From positions 7,504,001-7,568,000 of the forward strand of contig NC_058369.1 of NCBI RefSeq assembly GCF_018350175.1: DNA of 64,000 nt, written 5' to 3'. The notes under the pieces are model-generated. The model was not told where the DNA came from. It made no database searches and saw nothing but the letters and a program-made list of their open reading frames with translations. The stretch's first letter is position 1. The number at the start of each line of letters is the position of its first letter. Of the stretch, positions 23,701 through 36,400 are shown piece by piece. This DNA comes from Felis catus. Lineage: Eukaryota. The translations under genes were made by a program, and so were the position numbers.

Positions 23701-26700
23701 GACGAATAATCACATTTCTGAATTACCGAGCATTTGTCTGACAGGTGAACAGCGCCCAGGCACAGCTTGGGCTGCTGAGGACACATAGTGAACAAAACAC
23801 AAAATCTCTGCCCTGGGAGAGAGAGCTTTCTACAGTCTAACGCGTGCAGGCGGTGACCTAGGGGCATCACATGCATCACCTCACTTCATCCATCAGGTGT
23901 CTCCCAGCCCACAACTCAACGGAACTGACCCTCAGAAAAGGGGTGAGATGCAAACTGAGGTCCCACAGACTCCGGAGGTCCTCACTGCCCTGCCAGCCAC
24001 CCCAAGCCCCACTGCTGTGGCCGGGGGAGGGGGGGCGGTCTCAGCCTCCACCCTGGTGCTAAATCCCACATCAGCCCCAGCTCTGTTGCCAACATTTCCA
24101 GATCGGTTCCGTGTGGGAGCAACTTCCACCCCATCCCGTGACATACAAGCGTGCCTTTGGTCATCGTCAGCCACGTTCTGGGTGGCTCGGGGGCCAGCAG
24201 GTGGGAGGAGGGAAGCCCTGCTCTAGAAGTCGGGGAGCAGGGTCAAGGCCCCTCCCCATCTCTGCCTCCTCTTCTCCGAGGACTCACCACGTTCCCTTTG
24301 ACTCCATCCTCTCCAGGGGGGCCTTTCTTGCCTGGGGGTCCAGCAGCCCCAGATGGACCCGAGTCCCCCTTTTCACCAATTTCTCCCTTGGGCCCCTTTG
24401 TAGAAATAGAGGTCGGAGGTCAGAACAGCCTAGACAAGAGTCCAGGGTCAGGGGTCAAGGGTCAGCATCCCTGGACTGAAGAATCTGGGTAGTCTGGGAC
24501 TTCCTGGGGCCAGGGGTCAGAGTAGCCTAGACTGTCCAAGAGTCAGAGGTCACAGGATCTAGGACTTATAGGAGTCAGGGGCAAGGATGGCCCAGGTGCT
24601 CAGAGATCATGACCAAGTTTGGTCTAGCCCACATGCCACATTGGAGTGAATTAGAAAAGGGGATCCCTCTGGGAAGTTCATCCCCAACTCAGGGTGTATG
24701 GCTTGGATCCGAGCCCCCACCCCCCCCCTCTCAGCCCCACACCCTTGTGCAGTGTACAACCTGAAGAACTCTGTGTAGCAGCCCTATCTGAGACCTTCCA
24801 GGGCTCTGTCATCAAGACAACTGGGGCTACCCATAGGTCCTGGGTCAATGGTGACTCTGGTCTGCCCGGGGGTCAAGGTGCCCCAAGATGCCCAGGGGTC
24901 AGAGGTTCCCTGAGATGGGTGCAGGGGCACAGGACACAGTCACTCACAGGGATGCCTGGGGTTCCTGGGGGTCCTGGGTCTCCAGCCTCCCCTGGCTCAC
25001 CCTGTAGGAGGCGAAGTTGAGCGTAAGGAGAGGTCTGATTATGACAGACAGGAAGGAGCTCCCCAGAACAGCCACCCCCAAGCAAGACTGGCTGTGCCTT
25101 CCCAACCCTAGGCAGTCCCCTGCCCTCGTTCTCTCACCTTCTCGCCCACAGCGCCCGGCTGACCAACTCCCCCGGGCAGCCCTGGAGGGCCCTGGAGAGA
25201 CAGCAAGGGGTAGAAGTGGGACTGCAGGATGCCAACAGCCCCTTCTTGGGAAATGGATGCCCCCACCTCTCAGGCATCCTGCCCACCCCCCACAGAGGGT
25301 CCTCACCTCCGATCCACTGGGGCCATGGGGACCCCTAGGGCCTGGAGCTCCATGGGGACCCTGTGAGACAGTCAGAATAGCATCCAGTGACCTCATGACC
25401 CCTCAAAGGCACCACTAACCACAAACACCATCCTTAATGCTGGTTCCCAGCATCATCTTAAAATGACAATGTGCCCTGTGACACCACCACCTCCAAATCA
25501 GTCTAACGGTCACCACCACCCTGCTATCCTCGTGCCCTCCCACCTTCCCCAGGTTGTCCATACCATGGACCCTACATCTCCGACCTCCCCTTTCTCTCCA
25601 GGAGGGCCCGGCAGTCCCTGTGGAACAAAGAAGCAAGATTGGAGCACAGAGTGTGGGGAAAGAGGCCACGCCCCCAAACTCAGACACACACCTGCAGGCC
25701 AGGGGGGCCAATCACCCCAACGAAGCCTCTCACTCCATCATCTCCCTTCTGCCCAAAGAGGCCTGGTGGTCCCCTGCGTCCCTGAGCCCCATCTGCTCCC
25801 TGGGAGAAGGACAGAAACAGGGCACAGTGAGGGTGTGGGTCAAGGGTTGGAGACAGGGTCAAAGTCAGGTTAACGGTTGCAGTCAGGTTTGGGATTAAGT
25901 TTGGAAAGGGTCAGGGCTGGGCTTGGAGGTGGGGGTACAGGTTAAGGGTCAGAGTTTGGGAATTAAGTCAAGAGTTGAGTCAAAGTTTTCAGATGGGCAG
26001 CGAGTGGTGAGATGGGCATTGGGTGGTGGGTTGAGGTCAAGGTCATGAGCAGTGTTCAGACGAGGTGGAGGTGAAATTTAGGGTCGGGCTTGACATTGGG
26101 GCCAAAGTCAGATTCAAAGTTTGGGTCCAGGTTTGGGGTCAGCACTGGAGGGTGGGTCAAAGTTGGGCTTCAGGGTAGGACTGGGTCAAGGCTCAGATTT
26201 GAAGATAAAGTTTAAGCTGGGATTGAGGTTCAGGTCATAAGTGGGGTTGAGACTGGAACTGTGATGGCCTTCAGGGTTCAGGTTGAGGTTGGGATTGAGC
26301 CAGACTCTGGGATGAGTTCCTGTTGGGTGTCATCACAGAGGGGTAGGGGTGGGGTTGAGTTTGGGTCTGGGTCATGGTGGAGGACGCTGTCCCTTCCCAT
26401 CTGGGATCCAGGCAATGGCCACAAAGCCAAGAGCACTCACCGGGGAGCCTGGGTGTCCCACGGGACCCCGTACCCCTGTTGGTCCAGGCGGGCCCTGGGG
26501 GAGGGAACACAGCCAAAAACACCTCAAATTCAAGATTGGGAGCGCGCTCAAGATGACATTCACTGCCTCCCACTGCCCCCGCCTGGAAGCAAGAGCTGCT
26601 TCCCCCACAGTCCTGTCGTCCTAGCCACCAACAAGTGGGATCAGATACAGACATCGTCCAATGCTTGGGTCACTAGGACTTTTCCCCAGAAGTCCCTCCA

Positions 26701-29700
26701 GGGACTGAGCTGGCTTACAGATGCAACGCTTTGGCTGAAGGTCCTAGAGGGAAGCTGGGGAGGTGATGCCCCAGGGCCATGCAGAGTCACAGACAGAGAG
26801 ATGGCCACCAAGGAAAGGGAGAGGAGAGGGTAGCCATCTCAGCACCCTTCCCATTCTCCTGGGGTCCCAGCTATCCCCCTCATCCTTCACATCCCTCTGC
26901 CTTCCCCCAGGCCCACCTCCCTCACTGGCCCCCACACTCACCGCATCCCCTTTATCGCCTTTGCTCCCTTTGTTGCCAGGGGCACCCACTTCCCCCTGCA
27001 GAGGAAACAGGTGAGGGAGGACCAACATGGCCTCTCCCTACCCTGAGCCCCCCAGCCCCTCCTCCACGAGCTCTTGTGTCCGTGAACTCACCTTGTCCCC
27101 ATCCTCGCCAGAAGGCCCAACAGCTCCCGGCGGTCCAGGAAGCCCCAGGGGCCCTGGGATCCCATCTTTGCCGGTGGGGCCAGGGGAGCCACGTTCGCCC
27201 TGATGGGGGAGTGGAAGAGGGGATGGTCAGGGGCCAGGGCAGAGGTGAAGGTCCGGAGATGTGGGGGGTGCTGGGTCCTGAGGATGCTTGAGGACTGTAG
27301 CAGGCAGGCACTTACCGGGGACCCCTTCTCGCCTGCCGGGCCAACAGGGCCTTGGCCTCCACTTTGGCCAGGAAGCCCCATGCCTCCTGCCGGGCCCACA
27401 GGACCCCGCTCCCCAGGAGGGCCCTGGAAACAGGGGTGAGAAGTGTGGGAAAAATAGCAAAAGTTCTCATGGATAGAGGGGGTTTCAAGCCACCAGGCAC
27501 TGAGGCAGGTAGTTAACCAGCGTCATATCCATCTGTTCCCTTCCGCACAGTGGCCAGAGGGACACCTGAGTCAGGGTACACATGTCCCTCTGCCCACAGC
27601 CCTCCACGGCTCCCACCTTACTCAGGGAAAATGCGAAGTCCTCCTGGTAGCCCACAAGGCTCTGCACGAGTTGCCTCATCACCTCCTGCCCTCTCCGCCT
27701 CCCACTCACCCCTCCTCACTTCTTTCCAGTCACACAGGCCTCTTCAGTATTTCCTCCAACATGCTAGCACACCCCAACCACAGGGCCTTTGCACATGCTA
27801 TTCCCTCTGCCTGGAACACCCTTCCCCTGTATATCCGCATGGCTCCTCCTTCACCTCCTTCAAGTCTCAGCTCAAATGTCACCTTCTCAGGGGGCCTTCC
27901 TTGACCAACCCATTTCAACTGCTCTCTCCCTACTCCCCCTTCTCTGTGTCATTCATCACCAACTAGAACAGAAGCTCCAGGAGAAGGGAGGTTTTTATAT
28001 GTTGATGTCTGGCATGCAGGTAAGTATGTGTCAGACGGATCATCTCACTGAGATTTACAGTCTGTGGGGCGGGGCTGTGTTACAGATGAGAAAACTGAGG
28101 TCACGAGGGTGACCCAGGCCTGTTTGACACCCAAAATAGTGGACTTAATCATAGCGATGCCCAGCTTCCCAGATGCCCCAAGCCCCCCCCACACACACAC
28201 ACTGCCCCCCACCCAGCAGATGGGGTTACACTTACATTGGCTCCAACAGGGCCCAGGGGGCCTTTGTCACCCTTTAAACCAATAGGTCCCTGAGGGAGGA
28301 GATGATTCAGTCAAGAGACCCCCCCAAGGGTGTGGCCCAGGTCCTGTCTTCACTCTGGGGGCTCACAGTTCCCACCTTCCTCCTGGGCACTGAAGGTCAG
28401 GGGTCTCTCTCCTTTAGGTCCCTCCGGCTATGATTCCTTTACTGCACCCGGGATGCCATCACCATGTCCCTCCCCCCGAGCCCCCCTTTCCTTCTCTGCT
28501 TCACAGGCCAGCCAGGCACATTTAGGAGGGGTTCCAAAGAATACTCACGGGGTCACCAGGGGCTCCTTGGGGGCCGGGGAAGCCCCTGGGTCCAGGTGGC
28601 CCTTCCTTCCCAAGGGGCCCGGGTGGCCCCAGGTCTCCCTACGGGAGTGCAGGGGGAAGGTCAGCCTCCAGAGAGGTGCAGAGGTGCTTTCCCCTCTGTG
28701 AATCTGGGCCCCTCCCCCACGGAGCTGATTCTGAGCCTCGGGGTGGCGTGGGGCCAATCTCTGGGGCCACTCAGCCAGATTTCTTAGGGGGTAGGGTCTC
28801 ACCTTGACACCCTCTCTGCCTTCCAGGCCCGGAAGACCTTGTTCACCTGGGGGTCCAGGCGGGCCTGGGGGGCCCCTCTCGCCCAGAGGTCCCGCTTCTC
28901 CTGTCTTTCCCTGGAGAGGAAGGAAGCTTCTCTTGAATGGAGGCCGCCCGGGGTCGGGGGCGGTTGCGGGGGGAAGGTCTGTCTGAGATGCACCTCCCCC
29001 CGAAATATCTGCAAAACTGGAAAGACCTGTGGGCTCCCTTCTGACCTGAGGACCCACGACACCAGCTGGTCCAGGTGGGCCTGTCTGACCTTGGAAGCCC
29101 TGGGGAGAAAAATTTAAAGGGGTGTCACATGGGAGAGAGAACCAGAGAGCCTCAGGGGGTGAGGGGTCAGAAGTCAAGGGCCACTCACCAGTTCTCCTCT
29201 CTGTCCAGGGTGCCCGGGACGCCCGTCCTTCCCCTGGGGACCCTGGGGAGCAGGGTGGGAGGGAGATGAGACGGCACTAAGGAGTCTCCCCACTCCCTGG
29301 GTTCCCTCCGGGCCCCCCCCACCCAGGGTGCACGCACTTACAGGGGGACCCTTTGGCCCGGGGAATCCAGGAGGGCCCTGCAGACCTGGGAGGCCCTGAA
29401 ATGGAACCAGAAGCCACGGTCTCATCCCTCCTGCCCCCCGAGCCCCACATACCGAGCACGTGGAGTGCTTTCTGCACACCGGGCAGGGGGCCAAACACGC
29501 ACCCGCAGTCATTCATTCCAATTGTCACTGCAGCCCTTTGTGGTTATTCCCATTTTATAGAGGGGGAAACTGAGGCCCAGAGAGGTGGAGTGACTCGCCC
29601 AAGGTCACGCAGCAGCTGAGTGGCAGAGCGAGGGCTTGAACTCACAGCTCCGGACTTCAGAGGCTGTGTTCCTTCCACTGCACCCTAACCACCTCCTGGG

Positions 29701-29716
29701 TTCGTCTCCCATCCCG

Positions 29717-29766
<50 letters not shown>

Positions 29767-30398
29767 TCACCTTTTCCCCAGGGATCCCAGAGGCCCCGTC
29801 CTGGCCCACGTCACCCTAGGACAGAGTGGATGGGATTCAGGCTGCAGGACAAACTCACAGGGAGGGCCGGGGGAGCCCGGGCCGGGGGGGCCCGCACGAG
29901 GGCCCGATCGCCCACCCAGCCCATACCTTGGGTCCCGGTTGCCCGGTGGGACCCGGTTGGCCCCTGTCTCCACGGGAGCCCTGAGTAGCAAAGAAGCAAA
30001 GATGAGAAGTGAGAGGGTGCGGGAATCTAGGAGACAAGCCCGACTCGCCCGGGCCGCCTCCCGTCGTGACCCCTCCTTGCCCCACCAGGGACACGGACAT
30101 AACCCAGACCCCAGACGCTCTGCCCTGCCCGCTCACGATTCCCCCCCCACACCCCCCGCGTCTCCTCTTGCAGCCCCTCCTCGCAGCCCTGCCCCCCAAG
30201 GCCCAGCAGGATGGGGGAGCATTCACTCTTCTTACTGGTGGCCCCCGCTCTCCTTCCAGGCCCGGCTGCCCCGCTTTGCCCTGGAGAACAAATCAGGTGA
30301 CAGGGAAGCAGAAGACAGTTATGGCACAAAGACGGGAAACACACACAACCGGGCACAGACCTGTACCCGGGCACCTGCTGTACATTTCTTCACAAGCC

Positions 30399-30448
<50 letters not shown>

Positions 30449-33400
30449 CTACGCACATTTATGTCCACGGCCACGCACGTGCATGCAGGCTTATGTCCTT
30501 GTTTACCGCGGGCCCGCGGGTTGTAACACCCAGACCCCATCTGATCTACACCGAGAGGCACCCATACGCGCAGACTCACGCGCAGTAACGCGAGGGGGGT
30601 CACCTACCTGTGCCCCGCACCGCAGATGGGAATATGCGTGCAGACAAGTGCTTCCAGGCTTAGCTACGGGGGCCTACCCGCTGCCGTGCAGAGCTGCACG
30701 TGTTCCCCCGAATAAGCCCTACCCTTCCCCCGGCCCCCGGACTCACCCGCTTCCCTTTTTCTCCTAAGGGTCCCAGCGGCCCAGGAAAGCCAGCAGATCC
30801 CTGAGTTGAGAGAAACAGAGAGAAAAGATGGGGGGTGGTGGCTGTGGAGTGGGTGGTCAGCAAAGTTGACCCCTCACCCTTCAGCCACTCCATCCTTTCC
30901 AGAAGTTTCTTTGGTCCTTCCAGGCCCATCCTCCTCCCAGGCAGCCCTCTGCCGTCCTCTTTCCCCTCGCTCACCCCTTGCTCCCTCCACTTCAGCCACA
31001 CTGGCCTCCTCCATGCTACTCAGGCACACCAGTACACTCCTGCCTCAGGGCCTTTGCACTGGCTGCTTCCTTCGTCTAAAATGCTCGTCTCTCAGGTCCC
31101 CACACAGGCAGGTATCCCTATGGTCTGGATCTCATTTACATGTCAGTTCCTTAGAGAAGCCTTCTGCCACCATCCTGACCACCACGTCCTCCAAGTCACC
31201 CTCTGTCACCTTGCCCTAGTTTGTTTTCCCATAATATTTATATTGAAATGACCTTGTTCACTTGCTTACTCATCCGTTGTCTGTTTTCTCTGCTCTGACA
31301 TGGTGCTCTGATCTCCTGATCTTAATCCCCTCAACCTGGTACACAGACAGGGCTTACTGGATATTGGTTAACTGACTGACCCCAGTCCATGCTGTCCTGC
31401 CCATTTGGAGGCATCCTCCCCCGTCCCCACAGAGGAACACATCACAGGTTCTGCTATCCCCTCCCGCTCCTCACCATGTTTTGAATCCCAGACCCCCCAC
31501 TGGATTAGCTGTGTGGCCCTGGACAAATGGCCTACCCTCTCTGAGCATCAGTTTCCTCATTTGTAGCCTGGGGACACCAATGATACCTCCCTCACAAGTT
31601 TTTGGTGAAGATTAAAAAAAAATTTTTTTTTAATGTTTATTCATTTTTTGAGACACAGAGCATGAGCGGGGGAGGGGCAAAGAGAGAGGGAGACACAGAA
31701 TCCGAAGCAGGCTCCAGGCTCCAATCTGACAGCACAGAGCCCGATGTGGGACGTGAACTCACGGACCATGAGATCATGACCTGAGCTAAAATTGGGCGCT
31801 TAACTGACTAAGCCACCCAGGTGTCCCTGGTGAGGATTAAACAGAATAATGAATAGGAAGCATTTTACACTGTGTGTGGCACATAGTAAGTGCTTATGAA
31901 ATATCAGCTGTCATCATTCATGCTGATTATCACTGACTGCTATGGACTGAATGTTTGTGTCCCCTCAAAATTCATATGTTGAAGCCCTATGTTGAAGAAT
32001 GGTCATTTGGAGGGGGGCCTGGGTGGTTCAGTCGGTTAAGCATGTGACTGGCTCAGGTCATGATCTCACGGTTCGTGAGTCCGAGCCCCATCTCGGGCTC
32101 CGCGCTGACAGTGTGGAGCCTGCTTGGGATTCTCTCTCTCTCTCCCTCTGCCCCTCTGCCCCACCTTCTCTCTTTAAAATAAATAAAATGAGAAAAAAAA
32201 ACACTTTAAAAAGAAAAGGAGTCTAGGTCTCTCTGTCTCTCTCTCCCTCCCTTCTTCCCTCTCCTTGTCTCTCTTTCTCTCCCACCGCCATGCTAAACCT
32301 TTGGTCTCAGACTTCTAGCATCCAAAACTGTGAGAAATAAATTTCTGTTGTTTCAGCCCCCCCCCCATCTAAAGTATTTTTGTTACAGCGCTAAGACCCT
32401 GACACTGGCTAAGGCACCTCAACTCAACCAACACACCATGCCTTCTGCCGTGTAGCACGCGATGCCCAAAACACACAGACTGGTCGTGGCTAGGAGGCTT
32501 TGCTCTAACTCCCATGCACTTCTGCTCCAGCAGATTGAGTTCTATTCTAAGTTACGGTGCCTTGAGTTTCCTCCCAAATCGGTTTATGTCAGTTGCCCTT
32601 GCTCTCGGAGTCATGTGACTCAGTGAACGTTTTTACAACAACGGATGGAATGAAGAATGGAAAAAAAAAAAAAAAGACATCTATTGAACCTAAGTCAAAT
32701 GGAAAAGACTCGCTATAGAGAGGGAAGTCACTGAAAAAAAAAGTCACTGTCAAATTAGGCACACATAAGATGACTGTCAGATGGAAATGACAAACTGTGG
32801 CACTCTGGAAGGATTCTGCACTCAGCTCTCTTCCCAAGTGTCCAAGTTTCTGCTTCATTTTATATAAACCCACACTATAAATCATCAGTGATGTAATGAG
32901 GGTGTGGTTTAGGCAGAAATACATGTCTAATCAGCAGCCTCATCCATCAAAACATTGGCAAAACAAATGTACATTTTATATAAGTGCATTTTAATATGTT
33001 ATAATTCAAGATATGTCAAATATGTATTTTTTTAAGTTTATTTTGAAAGAGAGAGAGAGAGCAGGAGCAGGGGAGGGGAAGGAGGAAAGAGAGAGAGAGA
33101 GAGAGAGAGAGGGAAAGAAAGAATCCCAAGCAGGCTCCACACTGTCAGCACAGAGCCCGATGTGGGGCTCGATCTCACAAACTATGAGGTCATGACCTGA
33201 GCCAATATCAAGAGTCAGACGCTTCACTGACTGAGCCATTTAGGAGGCCATTTCTGTTTTGTGTGTGTGTGTGTGTTGTTGTTTTTTTAGTTTATTTATC
33301 TTGAGAGAGAGAGAGAGTGTGTGCGCGAACATGAGTGGGGGAGGGGCAGAGAGGGAGGAGAGAGAGGTCAGATGTGTATTTTTTGTGATTCTCCTCCTTA

Positions 33401-36400
33401 CTGACTTTGAACCAACCTCAATCACACCAAATAAGAAGGATCCTATAGTTTGATTACCAAAATTATCAATGTTACTATAATCAAGTTGATGAGACAAATA
33501 CAGGATCTCCATTTTGCAACAAGCAAGTGGGTTCAAGAGACTTGACCAAGATCACTTAGCAGGTAAGGGGTCGGTATCTGAACCCAAGTCTGATGCGAAA
33601 GCTCACGTCTTCGCCGTCTCTCAGTGACCCGTGGGGTGGATGGCTCAGTCCCCCAGACCACAGCCTGGCCCTCCAGATGCTGATTAGTCTCTGAGTCCTG
33701 CCCTTGCCCACCCCTGACCCCTTAGCTTCTTACCTTAGGGCCTGGACGTCCTGGGTAACCTGGGAGACCTGGCAACCCCAGCTTGCCCTGCAGAAAAATT
33801 ATGGGACAAAGGTCAGGAGTTGAACCCTGAGGATCAGGAAAGAAAGGGCAGGATGGCTGGGACAGGGGGGCAGGGACAACAGCATAGAATTCAGGGAAAC
33901 GTGAGTTCAAGTCTTGGCTCCTGCCTGCTACAGGCATGTCTTTGGGCAACTCATTCCATTCAATTCTGTTGCGAACCTCAGTTTCTTTGTCTGCAAAATG
34001 GGGGTAAAAATGCCCGTCGCCTGCGGTGGGGATAAAAATCAGATAATGTAGTATGTGCAATTTCTCTATCATGATGAGTGAAGGAATCAGAGACGGTAAG
34101 CGAGGTAGCAGTCTCCTGAGGCTGGAGACAAAACAGCCAAGGGCAGAAGGCAAAGGGCCAGGGAACACCTTCGCTGTGGGATGGGAAGCTGGAGGGTAGA
34201 CTGGAGAGGGTGACCATGGTCCATTCACCTTCTCCCCAGCTGAGCCTGGGGGCCCCTCCTCGCCGGCCAGCCCCTCCTGCCCCTTCAGCCCTTCGGGACC
34301 ATCTTCTCCCCGAGGCCCGGGGGGCCCGGGGGGGCCCTGCAATAGAAAGGCGGTATCAGGCCCTGTGTCACTCCGGCCGCCTCCAGCTCCCTGTCTTAGC
34401 CCGAGCACCCCCACCCCCACCAATGTCTTCCCCAAACTCCCCAGAACCACTAGATCCCTCATCTGGAAATCATCTTACCCGATCTCCTTTAAGCCCCCCA
34501 TCGCCCTTGAAGCCTGGGAAGCCATCCTCTCCCTGGGGGAGAGAGAGTGTTAGAGGTCAGAGGTCAGAGGTCAGGGTTTCAGGGAAGGGACACAACCAGA
34601 AGCCCGTTATTAGGGCTCCCCTCAACCAGGAATCCCTTTCCTTCTCACCTTCTCTCCTTTCTCCCCCTGGAGGCCACGGTTGCCAGAGGTGCCCTGAAAA
34701 ACAAAAGAGACCTCCAGTCCCTCTCCTCCTTCAGAAGGGCCTTCCAACTCAGTTCCCTGTCCCAAAACAGTCAGGACAGTCCCAAAAGGATATTGGACAC
34801 GAGTGGAAGGGGGCAGCCTCAGAGGAAATGACCCTTCTGCAAAGCCTTGCTAGCGTGGTGTGCAAGAGGCTGCCTCTCCGCCCCTCTTCCCACTGGCAGC
34901 CTCCCAAGGTCATCTGTGTGGGGGTGTGCAGGGAAGGCCAAATTTCCGAGTAATTGATTCCAATCTCCCGGGGACACAGTGTCCACAGTTCCTTCTGGAA
35001 GGAGAATGAGGATGAACATTCCAGGCCCCAGTCTCATTCTAAAGGCAAAGGAATGTTCCCCATTGTGCTGGCTACAATGCGACTCTGTGCCTGGCCACAA
35101 AGCCAGTCTGTGCTTAGCTACACCAAGGCTGCTCAGTTCAAGCCCAGGTGCCCAAACCCCGGGCTTGGGTTGCAGTGAAAACTGCACTTGGCTACAATGC
35201 GACTGAGCTCAGAGACTATAAAGAAATTGCACTTGGATACAGCCTAACTGTGTTTTGACAATAGCATGACTGTCTCCAGCCACAGAAAGACACATGTAAC
35301 TGAGCTCAGAGACTGTAATGAAATTGCACTTGGATACAACATAACTGTGTTTTGACGATAGCATGACCGTCTCCAGCCACAGAGACACAAGGTTTAACTG
35401 AGCTCAAAGCCGACAATGAAGTTGTACTTAAATACAGTAGAAGTATTTTGACCCTCGCCTGCCTCCGGGCAATTCCTTTGACTGCAGTGTAACCAAGCTT
35501 GGCTACCGTGATTCTCTGACCCTGGCTACAACGAAACTAGACTCAGCTACAACACGGCCTTCAACTCGCTCTCTATAATTATGGCTGGTTACAACATAAC
35601 TCTGACTTTGGCCACCCATAGGACTCTGTGGCCAGCTGCAATAGAACCGCCTCCTTGGCTCGGAGATAACTGAGCTTACCTCCAGTGCAAAAATGTGACA
35701 AGTTGCCTCTTGGCTACCACCAAACTCTGTTCTCGGACCACAGGTACCATACTTGGCTACAACGTGACTGGACTCCTACAAATGTGAAGTCCAACGTCCC
35801 TGCCCTCGGTCAACAGTACGGCTCTTGGCTTATCCCAGCATTTCTGTGCTTGAGGATCATATGGCCCTGGGCTTGAGGTAAGACATAAACTGTCTGCTTC
35901 GCTACAGAGTGCTGACCCGGACTGAGCTTAGGCCCTTCATGGGCCTAACTATTCTCAGTTACAAGGTGACAACTACATGACGGTACCTCCCTTTGGCTGT
36001 TCAGCTCCAGGTAAGACACACGTTTCTACCTATTGTCACTCAGATTGAAACCCCACTCCCACCACACCTTTCCTGCAGATCGATACCTCTCAGCACATGT
36101 GCACAGGTTTACCATGAAGCTGGTTCCCTGGAGCTCATGCCAATGAATCACCCCTACTTATGCGCCCCAAGCATCACCTACCTTCACACCCCGAGGTCCA
36201 GGATAGCCCGGGGGTCCTGCTGACCCTGGTGGACCCTGGGATGGAGATAAGATCAGTGCCGTCCTGTCCTTCCCCCTCCATGTTACCAGTGCCCTCGTTC
36301 CTCTCCTCATGAGCCCCTGACTCCTGGCCCTGACCTACCAACCCTCATCCCCAACCCGGCCTCTCTCCAGGCCACTCACCTGGGCCCCTTTCTCTCCTGT

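Noticed and set aside
29636..30767. 296-aa and 252-aa plus-strand ORFs
   Set aside because: Antisense to GC-rich collagen exons and spanning (AC)n repeats; stop-poor by composition, no recognisable domain.
35202..35437. Regularly spaced repeats suggestive of a CRISPR-like array
   Set aside because: Eukaryotic intron; whole units are duplicated with no unique spacers and no cas genes.
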